From contig NW_021825342.1 of the NCBI RefSeq assembly GCF_006345805.1, positions 1-15,768 on the forward strand: DNA of 15,768 nt, given 5' to 3'. This document shows positions 7,655 to 15,768 of the stretch, piece by piece. This DNA is from Octopus sinensis (lineage: Eukaryota). The notes under the pieces were generated by a model. That model did no database searches. It was not told the DNA's origin and saw only the letters and a program-made list of their open reading frames with translations. The translations under genes and the position numbers were made by a program. Positions within the stretch are counted from its first letter, which is position 1. Every line of letters starts with the position of its first letter.

Positions 7655-7790
7655 TGTGTGTGCGTGCGTGTGTGTGTGTGTGCGTGTGTGTGTGTGCGTG
7701 TGTGTGTGCGCGCGTGTGTGTGTGTGTGTGTGTGAGTGTGTGTGTCTACGTGTGTGCGGGCGAGTATGCGTATATGCGTGTGACGATGGA
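7655..7790. repeat. (TG)n/(CG) alternating purine-pyrimidine tract
   Basis: Seen directly. Confidence 0.9.
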
Positions 7791-7848
7791 TGCAGTATGT
7801 GTGTGAATGTGGCTGTGTGTCTTTGCTGATGTGCGCGCGCGCGAAAGC

Positions 7849-7851
<3 letters not shown>

Positions 7852-7892
<41 letters not shown>

Positions 7893-7930
7893 CAGACAGA
7901 AGAGAGAAAAGTTAGACATATACATATGTT

Positions 7931-7981
<51 letters not shown>

Positions 7982-8082
7982 GTATGTGTGTGTATGTATA
8001 TATGTACATTTATTTATCTATATATACATGTATACATATATGTATATATATATGAATGTGTATATATAATATATATATATAT
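7852..8082. repeat. (GA)n followed by (TA)n compound microsatellite
   Basis: Seen directly. Confidence 0.95.
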
Positions 8083-8097
8083 AAGTACAACCTCATA

Positions 8098-8119
8098 GTG
8101 TTGTTGTTGTTGTTCTTGG

Positions 8120-8155
<36 letters not shown>

Positions 8156-8182
8156 CAACGTCGACGACTACGACGTCGACAA
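8098..8182. repeat. (TGT)n/(GAT)n/(GAC) trinucleotide tract
   Basis: Seen directly. It produces the poly-His/Gln ORF 8014-8214. Confidence 0.9.
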
Positions 8183-8438
8183 GATGATATCCGTATACGG
8201 CGCATGACTAACATTATCGATGCTAGTAGGGTGGATCCTTAATCCAGATTATCGAAGTCTGCATGCACAGGTGTATATTGAACTTAGATCTGTTAACAGC
8301 TTGCCTGCCTCCATCTTTTTAGCGCCATCCGTCCCCTTCTCTCCCATATTCCTCATCTATTCTCTCCATATATAAGCCCCCTATTACATACAGAGATCAT
8401 TATCACTCTCGCATTCTCTTTTTCTCTTTCTTTCCACC

Positions 8439-8439
<1 letters not shown>

Positions 8440-8512
<73 letters not shown>
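8440..8512. repeat. (TATC)n (GATA-type) microsatellite
   Basis: Seen directly. Confidence 0.95.
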
Positions 8513-8893
8513 ATCTTCATCTTCCACACACTTATCTCTTCTGCTCTCTTTAACATCTCCTCCTGATTAGCTGCTTTCATTTTTTGTTCTGAGTTCAAAT
8601 CACGAGATATCTACTATTTATTTATTTATTTATTTTTAGCCAGAATCTATAAATTCCAGAATATGGAGATTGCTGAATTATACCCCGAATTTCTTGTTCT
8701 ACAAACCCTTTTAACAACATCTGTTGATTGTATCTCCCTTTCTTACTGGTAAGAGCACAAAACAGAATTGTTTAAACAGATGCTGCATTGATTTTGCGGA
8801 GCCTTTCCTGATTACTCATTTTTCCGAATCACTTGGGATGAGGTGGGTGGGGGAGAACCTATAAATTAAAAAAATATAAATCTTACTTAAATA

Positions 8894-9020
8894 GCTGCCT
8901 ACGTGGTGAGAGCTTTGCTTCCCAATTACATGGTTCAGTCCCATTCCGTGGCACCTCGAGCAAATGCCTTTTACTGTGAGCGTACTGGCAGACGGAAACT
9001 GAAAGAAGCCGTGTCGTATG
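8894..9020 (+). mobile_element. SINE family B, old degenerate 5' half
   Basis: cgtggtgagagctttgcttcccaattacatggttcagtccc...gtggcacctcgagcaaatgcc...ggcagacggaaactgaaagaagcc.gtcgtatg. Confidence 0.75.
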
Positions 9021-9142
9021 TATGTATATAATGGCTGATTTAATACACAACGAATCATCACGGTCACACACGCATGCATGCGCACGCACACGTACACACA
9101 TACACATACACAAGCACGCACGGACGCATGCGAGCGCGCACA

Positions 9143-9261
9143 CGGGTTTCTATCTTCTGTAGTTTTCAGCTACTAAACCCACCCACAAGTCTTTGGTTTG
9201 CCCAGGACTAGAATGTGCCATGCGGTGGAACTGAATCCGAAACCTTATGGTTGGGAAGCAA
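9143..9261 (-). mobile_element. SINE family B, old degenerate 5' half (inverted relative to 8894-9020)
   Basis: The minus strand reads ttgcttcccaaccataaggtttcggattcagttccaccgcatggcaca...caaagacttgtgggtgggtttagtagctgaaaac. Confidence 0.7.
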
Positions 9262-10871
9262 CAAACGTAATCAGAACAAAAGAAGCGCATTTTAAGAGAA
9301 ATATGGTAACGAAAAGTTACAAACTAATCTAATCTGATCTGAGTATGATTAAGAATATGTGGTGTTTAGTTCGGAATTAATAATAAAATGTTTCCGAAAT
9401 TACTGTTGCATAAGTGTTGAGTGGTGATAAAATTATCTTCAAATACTACTCTACGTTCGTAAAGATAGATAAATATATAGATAAAGTAACCCCGGATATA
9501 ATATGTTAGAAAAGGCGACAGGTGGACAATACTTGCTAAGCAATGTTTTTTAAATCTCACAAAAATATTTTCCCCAGCACACGAGAATGCCGCCAGAAAA
9601 CGATAGAAACCACCGTAGCAGGTCTCTGCTACATTTTGATATTCATCTGTTTCCTTTGCAAATAGATGTGTATAAATTGACCAACAGGATATTTCTGATC
9701 AAATGGTGACTTGAACTGAAAGATTATGACACCATTAATAAATATCTAGCAAGTCAAAAATAGGAAACATACCCCGGATTTTCTAGTGATGATGTCTCTT
9801 CAAATCTGTTCAGTCAGATTTATTATCGAGCTCAATAACAGAAACCTAATCTGAAAACAGGGTCAGTTTTATTGGAGGACTGTATATGAGAGACTGAGTG
9901 ACATATGCATCGAAGCCTGACAGCAGATACATTTTTGGTCTTGGTAGCCTTCACAGTTACAACTGTCAAAATGATGGAACATTTTCAACATAGTTAAGCC
10001 AAAACAAGTTTACAAAATTTTTAGAATAACCGAAAACAAATCACTATATCTCTGTAGAAATATGTTGAAATGGTTCATTCTCGACCAGATATCAATATCG
10101 GGATAATTTTTTCCAGTGTTGTCTTTAACACGGAACTCTGTCACTTAAGTCGCATCCGTTTTTGTCACGCACATCACGCAAGGTAAACAAAAATTATGAC
10201 CACAGATACTGTTGTCCAGCAAATTCATCAGCATGTTTTGAAATTTCAAGGTCAATCCAAATAAACACCATGAGACGTTTATGCTGCTCAGCAGAAATTC
10301 AGAAAAATTAGCAGTTAATATTTTCAAGTGAAAATAGTTTGTGCGATGTCATGTACGTCAGACTTCTTGGAGGATCTTCTTTAAAAATTCCAGGTAACTA
10401 TCTATTTTGTTTGATACTTGCTTGGGTACTTTTTTGTCTAGTACTCGCCAATAAAGTTCATTTGAGGATGAACTTTGCTGTGAAAAAGAAATCAATACAA
10501 TTCTTGTAAATGTTCAAGATTTATAGCTTAGATATTTCATAATTTGTGTCTCACTGACTGTCACATACGTCATTTATCATCACCAACATTAACACATTCA
10601 CCACTTTCACAGTAATATTTGTAGTTTCTCACTGAACACACTTATGTGCAATACTTTCCAATGTCCTTTGGTTTTCTTCTCTTGGAACGGTAAATAGAGG
10701 ACCTGCTTTTCTCATTCATGTAATATCATTTCCTTATTGTAAAATGACGATACTACACAAAACCGGTTCTAAAAGCCATTAAAGGCAAGTGGCTTAACAA
10801 TTTCATAAGATAAAGAAACACAATCAAACAATAACATTCACAAAAAAAAAAGTAAGAAAAAGAACTATAGA

Positions 10872-10989
10872 TGCTTCCCAACTAAATGGTGTTGGGTTCA
10901 GTCCCAATGTGGGGTACCTCGGTCAAGTGCCTTCCACTATAGCCACGAGCCGAGCAAAGCCTTGTGAGTAGGATTTGGCGAACGGAAGT
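10872..10989 (+). mobile_element. SINE family B, degenerate 5' half
   Basis: tgcttcccaac...gggttcagtccca.tgtgg..acctcggtcaagtgccttccactatagcc.cg.gccga.caaagccttgtgagt.ggatttgg. Confidence 0.75.
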
Positions 10990-11065
10990 CATGGCCAAAA
11001 GTTTGGAAAATTCTTTTTAAAAATGAAAATTGTTATGCCCAATTACAATTCGATTCAAATATGTA

Positions 11066-11271
11066 CAGTAACCCGTCGCCATATCGCGGTTTATTATTTA
11101 AGCTTACGTCGATTCCTCCGTGGTGGTGTTTTGCATTTATAATAAAATAAATATATACAAATTATAAAATAATGAAAAAAAAATGCAGTACAGTACTGTT
11201 TCTACTTCGCGGATTTTCACCCATCGTGGGGTTCTGGGAACGTAACGTACGCGATTGCCGAGGGATTACTG
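11066..11271. mobile_element. pogo/Tigger-like MITE (206 bp)
   Basis: Imperfect TIRs: CAGTAACCCGTCGCCATATCGCG (11066-11088) and CGCGATTGCCGAGGGATTACTG (11250-11271). TA lies on the left (11064-65) and TG on the right (degenerate TA TSD). The interior is AT-rich and non-coding. Confidence 0.8.
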
Positions 11272-11399
11272 TGCAACGTAGAGAAATACCTAATAACTGA
11301 TCCGATGATTCAATATCTTCTAATTGAATATTTAAATCGATATGTACTCGGGCATAATTTTGATAAAAAAAAAAATTGCTCCAAACTTTTGGCCACAAC

Positions 11400-11645
11400 T
11401 GTATGTATGTATGTATGTGTGTATGTATGTATGTATGTATGTATGTATGTATGTATGTATGTATGTATGTATGTATGTATGTATGTATGTATGTATGTAT
11501 TATTTATGTATGTATGTATGTATGTAAGTATGTATGTATGTATGTATTTATTTATGGATGTATGTATGTATGCATGTATGTATGTATGTATGTATGTATG
11601 TATGTATGTATGTATGTATGCATGTATGTATGTATGTGTGTATGT
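11400..11645. repeat. (TATG)n microsatellite
   Basis: Seen directly. Confidence 0.95.
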
Positions 11646-11696
11646 AAAAATCTGTGTGAGTGTACTTTTGTGTTTGTATTATGTTTGTCTCCCAGA

Positions 11697-11895
11697 AAGT
11701 GGCGAGCGACCAGAATCGTTAGCACTTCGAACGAAATGCTGCTAAGCATTTCGTCCGTCCTAATTCCGCCAAGGTCGACTTTGCCTTTCATTGTTTCGAG
11801 ATCGATAAAATAAGTACCAGTCGAGCCCTGGGATCAATATAATCAGCACGGTCCTCGCCCACAAAATTTCAGTCCTTCTGCGTTCAATAGAAATG
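11697..11895 (+). mobile_element. SINE family A, old diverged copy with the alternative tail
   Basis: ggcgagcgaccagaatcgttagcac...aattccgccaaggtcgactttgcctttcatt.tttcgag.tcgataaaataagtaccagt. Confidence 0.8.
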
Positions 11896-11911
11896 GTCAT
11901 TTTGGCCTTCA

Positions 11912-12045
11912 CATCGATGTTGGCCTAATTACCTCCCCGTAGCTAGCGACTTCGCAAAAGATATCAACAGAATAAGTACAAAGCTTTAAACATATAAGTA
12001 CTGAGAAAGATTCGTTCGACTAAATCCTTCAAGGCTGTGCTCCGA
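11912..12045 (+). mobile_element. SINE family B, degenerate 3' half
   Basis: catcgatgttgg...tccccgta.ctagcg..ttcgcaaaaga...agaataagtac...gattcgttcgactaaa.ccttcaaggc.gtgctcc. Confidence 0.65.
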
Positions 12046-12455
12046 CACAAAAATATGGAAATAATCGTAGAAATATTTGCAATGACAATGATAAAAAGAA
12101 CAATAACAACGGCAAAAAAACGGAAGTACCGTTGTTATCTCCCTTTCCAATGTAATGAATCCGCAAAGAATACGTTTAGATTCACACTTCGAACTTGACA
12201 CAAATTCTGCAGCGTCAGAAGGTTAAAATACATACCGCGCCTTTATGAAGCTTTTATCACTACACCCACACACATAAATATGTGTGTGTGTCTGTCTGTT
12301 TGTGTGTCTGTGTGTATGTGTGTGCGCGCGAGCGACAGATAAGTAGCCAGTAAAAAGCTCCATGTCAAGCTGTGTGACCCCAAAGCAATTGACCTTTAAC
12401 CCTTGGACAGTAACTTGCCCTCGACATTGAAGACAACCACATATATCCACCACCC

Positions 12456-12457
<2 letters not shown>

Positions 12458-12501
<44 letters not shown>

Positions 12502-12505
12502 ACAC
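12458..12505. repeat. (CA)n microsatellite
   Basis: Seen directly. Confidence 0.95.
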
Positions 12506-12530
12506 AAATACATAAACATATACGCACGAG

Positions 12531-12608
12531 ATTTTCTTTCACTTTCTATCTATCAAATCCACTCACAAAAGCTTTAGTCAGTCCAAGATTCCATTCAGTT
12601 GGACTGAA
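12531..12608 (-). mobile_element. SINE family B fragment
   Basis: tttc.tctatcaaatccactcacaaaagctttagtcagtcc matches 2300-2340. Confidence 0.6.
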
Positions 12609-12616
12609 AAAGCATA

Positions 12617-12836
12617 TGTATGTATGTATATATGTATGCGTGCATGTAGGTATGTATGTATGTATGTATGTATGTATGTATGTATGTATGTATGTATGCA
12701 TGCATGTATGTATGTATGTATGTATGTATGTATGTATGCATGCATGTATGTATGTATGCATGCATGCATGCATGCATTTATGTATGTATGTATGTATGTA
12801 TGTATGTATGTATGTATGTATGTATGTATGTATGTA
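12617..12836. repeat. (TATG)n/(CATG) microsatellite
   Basis: Seen directly. Confidence 0.95.
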
Positions 12837-12838
12837 TA

Positions 12839-13140
12839 CAGCGGATTCATGAAAAACGAACCTCCACTAACTGCTCAGCCCATTATCTGTGCATACCTGT
12901 CAATGTCGTGTGTGCCATAAGGTCTGCAAATCTAACGGACTCCTTAAAAGACATTTTAAGATCCACGAAAATCAGAACTTAACTGCAACTCTTGGTAGTC
13001 CAAAGCAGATATGCAATTTATGTGGGTGCCTTTTCAAAACATTGTCTGGTCTAAAAAGTCACACCAGAGGCTATGTTGGATCTAAGGTGTCAGTACAAGA
13101 GATGAACAAACTCTGTTTAAGGAGTAGACGACCACTACTT
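12839..13140 (+). mobile_element. Probable 5'-truncated RTE-type LINE 3' end encoding two C2H2 zinc fingers
   Basis: Finger 1 (12904-12966) CRVCHKVCKSNGLLKRHFKIH is a perfect C-x2-C-x12-H-x3-H. Finger 2 (13012-13074) CNLCGCLFKTLSGLKSHTRGY has its last His replaced by Tyr. The linker is 15 aa and not TGEKP. An in-frame stop lies at 12868-12870, and the ORF opens only on GTG. C-terminal C2H2 fingers are known in some RTE-clade ORFs; the LINE origin here is inference. Confidence 0.6.
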
Positions 13141-13143
13141 ATG

Positions 13144-13361
13144 TGGCGGCGAGCTGGCAGAAACGTTAGCACGCCGGGCGAAATGCGTAGCCGTATTTCG
13201 TCTGCCGTTACGTTGTGAGTTCACATTCCGCCGAGGTTGACTTTGCTTTCATCCTTTCGAGGTCGATAAATTAAGTACCAGTTTACGCACTGGGGTCGAT
13301 GTAATTGACTTAATCCCTTTGTCTGTCCCCTCTTGTTTAGCCCCTTGTGGGCAATAAAGAA

Positions 13362-13364
<3 letters not shown>
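13144..13364 (+). mobile_element. SINE family A, full length
   Basis: Aligns with 3389-3619 and is followed by (TATG)n. Confidence 0.92.
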
Positions 13365-13394
<30 letters not shown>

Positions 13395-13458
13395 TGTATG
13401 TATGTATTTAGGTAGGTAGGTAGTTATGTAGGTTGGTATGTCTGTCTGACTGTCTGAC

Positions 13459-13501
<43 letters not shown>

Positions 13502-13512
13502 GTCTATCTATC
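13365..13512. repeat. (TATG)n/(TAGG)/(TCTG)/(TATC)n compound microsatellite
   Basis: Seen directly. Confidence 0.9.
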
Positions 13513-13547
13513 GCCCACCGCTGTTGCTGAAAAATATCAGGACGAAA

Positions 13548-14011
13548 GGGTTGTTATGTGGTAAGTAGCTTGCTTACCAACCACATGGTTCCGGGTTCAG
13601 CCCCACTGCGTGGCACTTTAGGCAAATATCTTCTACTATAGCCTCGGGCCGAACAAAGCCTTGTAAGTGGATTTGGTAGACGGAAACTGAAAGAAGCCCG
13701 TCGTATATATATATATATATAGATTTATGTATATATATATATGTGTGTGTGTGTGAATATATATGTATGTATGTATGTTTGTGTGTATGTATGTATATAT
13801 TTGATTGTCTGTGTTTGTCCTCACAGCATCGCTTGACAAGCGATGTTGGGGTGTTTACGTGTCCGTAACTTTGCGGTTCGGCAAAACAGACCGATTAAAT
13901 AAGTACTAGGCTTACAAAGAATAAGTCCTGGGGTCGATTTGTTCGACTAAAGGCGGTGCTCCAGCGTGGCCGCAGTCAAATGACTGAAACAAATAAAAGA
14001 ATAGAAGAATA
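13548..14011 (+). mobile_element. SINE family B, full length
   Basis: Head tgtggtaagtagcttgcttaccaaccacatggttccgggttcagcccc, CORE-like ggcactttaggcaaatatcttc, internal TA/TG tract at 13705-13800 and tail gactgaaacaaataaaagaatagaagaata. Confidence 0.92.
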
Positions 14012-14256
14012 TCTATAATCTGGTATGGCGGTGCAGAAACAAATGTTGTTATTTACTATTAAAACTGGATATCCTCCATCCTCGTGTTATACTATTCTTG
14101 TGTCAATCTTATGCCAAGAGCAGTTCCGCATATCTCTCCAGCTCTGGAATCTACCCTACAGTTGGATAGCATGTGGTAGCCAAATAATTACAAAATAGCT
14201 CTGAAATGCACTTTTACGAGGTTTTTAACCGAATTATACAATATATATATAAATAA

Positions 14257-14606
14257 GCACAGGCGTTGTTCTGTGGTAAGAAGCTTGCTTCCCGATCACG
14301 GGTTCAGGGTTCAGTTCCACTGCGTGGCATCTTCGAGAAGTGTCTTCTACTATACGCACTTGTCAACCAAAGCCTTGTGAGTGAATTTGGTAGACGGAAA
14401 CTGAAAGAAGCCCCTGTGTATGTGTGTGTGTGTGTGTGTCTGTTTGTCCCATCCATTATCGATTCACAACCAATGCTGGTGTGTTTATGTTCCTGTAACT
14501 TAGCGGTTCGGCAAAAGAAACTAGTAGAATATGTACTAGGCTTACAAAGAACAAGTCCTGGGGTGTAGTTCTTCGACTAAAACCCTTTAAGGAGATGCTG
14601 CAGCAT
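14257..14606 (+). mobile_element. SINE family B, 3'-truncated
   Basis: Aligns with 13548-13965 and abuts the mariner fragment at cagcat|ctga. Confidence 0.88.
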
Positions 14607-14882
14607 CTGAACCACTCGTACACTTGTGTGCGGCTCATACACTCCTCTCCATACACTTTCTGCAACTTTGCGCAGGCCTCTGAGCAGGTATCGCCATGAC
14701 AACTTTTTTTCTTCTTATCAATGCGACGATCACACGCTACACGCCTTCCTTCCAAACACTGCTGTAAATAGTGAGCTAGAACGTTGAAACTTAGTGCGCC
14801 TGCACAGCAGAGCTGAAGGTCAATGTGTGCCAAGCGGCTTTAGCTTCGTTACTACAGACCGGATACTTATTGATCAGACATT
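14606..14882 (-). mobile_element. Mariner-family transposon 5' end (TIR remnant, leader and N-terminal HTH)
   Basis: Minus strand 14695-14606 encodes GDTCSEACAKLQKVYGEECMSRTQVYEWFR, matching the mariner N-terminal HTH pattern (L..VYG....S...V.EWF). A TIR-like GTCTGATCAATAAGTATCCGG (minus, 14879-14859) lies next to a TA tract. Confidence 0.85.
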
Positions 14883-14897
14883 ATATATATATATATA

Positions 14898-15271
14898 TCT
14901 CCATATATATAAACGGCAAAATGTCTGTGTCTGTGTGTGTGTGTGTGTCCTTTATACAAATCCACAATTTTTCGGTTAGAGGGCTCGCACTTTCTATGGT
15001 CATTCAAAACCATCCAAGGGTGGTCGTGCACATCTTTACATTTTCCCAGTCACTCCGCAAAGCCATTAAAAAATCAATAGAAGTAACTTTTTTTTTTTAT
15101 CCAAGACCCAATCAAAATGCCCGATACTTGATGCGCCAATTAAATGGCAGCTAGCTGTATGTGATTGGTCGGAGATTTGGAGAGTACTCGCGTGTATGTG
15201 CGCACACACGCACGCAGCTGTATATGCATGCACTAGCACTATAACCCGGCGTTGCCAGGTCATAGTGCTAG
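14898..15271 (+). mobile_element. Non-autonomous Helitron-like element
   Basis: Starts A|TC, then TCCATATATATAAACGGCAAAATGTCTGTGTCTGTG. Ends with a GC-rich hairpin (GGCGTTGCC) about 11 nt before CTAG|T (15268-15272). These are the canonical Helitron 5'-TC / 3'-CTRR termini in an AT target. Confidence 0.65.
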
Positions 15272-15280
15272 TATATACAT

Positions 15281-15300
15281 ACTACTATATATATATATAT

Positions 15301-15346
<46 letters not shown>

Positions 15347-15349
15347 TAG

Positions 15350-15380
<31 letters not shown>

Positions 15381-15398
15381 ATATATAATATATATATA
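15281..15398. repeat. (TA)n microsatellite
   Basis: Seen directly. Confidence 0.95.
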
Positions 15399-15768
15399 AC
15401 AATTTAGGAGTGACCCTTAACAGGCCATTCGTCCACCAGAAAGAGCAGCCATAACTCACACCGCCAGTAGTAGTAATCAGAATTAGGTGAAAATTTAAAA
15501 ACATTTACCCTAATTCAACTTTTAGACGATGCATCGTTTCTGTGTTATTAATGATTAATTAGCTTAATTAAATTAAATAAGCTAATCTACTAATTAATCA
15601 ATTTCACCAAGTATTTCAGTATGCAAAGGGCCAATTTAAGGCGAATTTCCAATTATTACATTATATAAAGGGTTAGTAAAATAATTACTTTGCCGCATAC
15701 TGAACTCATTAGAAATAGCAGCTAAAAAACTTTTTTAAAACTATTTCTAATACTTAAAGAAAACCTCT

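Noticed and set aside
8014-8214. Poly-His/Gln ORF resembling a transcription-factor low-complexity region
   Set aside because: It derives from a (GAT)n/(TGT)n tract and ends in (TA)n-encoded residues.
10145-10327. CGHNFCLPC motif resembling part of a RING finger
   Set aside because: The flanking Cys pairs required for C3HC4 are absent, and the ORF is short with no clear splice sites.
1745-13512. Tandem repeats as a possible CRISPR array
   Set aside because: These are simple 2-4-nt microsatellites. There is no repeat-spacer structure and no cas gene, and the context is eukaryotic.
14025-14198. 57-codon plus-strand ORF containing QLWNLP, reminiscent of CR1/Jockey ORF2 C-termini
   Set aside because: The similarity is limited to about 6 residues, too weak to call without a profile search.
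875-15504. Most supplied ORFs (MYVC-, CVCV-, YIYI-, HTHT-repeat peptides)
   Set aside because: They are translations of stop-free microsatellites, not genes.

Overview
This is eukaryotic, repeat-saturated non-coding DNA (intron or intergenic), not a prokaryotic locus. It has no intact protein-coding gene, rRNA, true tRNA or CRISPR array. The repeat families (tRNA-headed SINEs with internal TA/TG tracts, dense (TA)n/(TG)n/(TATG)n/(TATC)n microsatellites) match my recollection of Octopus (coleoid cephalopod) repeats; the taxon is inferred, not searched. About 19 SINE copies or fragments from three families are visible, including a four-unit head-to-tail array of mixed variants at 6339-7110. DNA-transposon relics are a Tc1 3' end with IR/DR architecture, an internally deleted maT/mariner-like transposase, a mariner 5' end, a pogo/Tigger-like MITE, TTAA|CCC piggyBac-like end fragments and a Helitron-like element with a palindromic 3' terminus. 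Penelope-like terminal-repeat fragments are also likely. The only convincing protein domain is a two-finger C2H2 segment at 12904-13074, best explained as the 3' end of an RTE-type LINE. Nearly all supplied ORFs are microsatellite artefacts. I found no convincing novel biological system; the findings concern transposon architecture and possible RNA structure.
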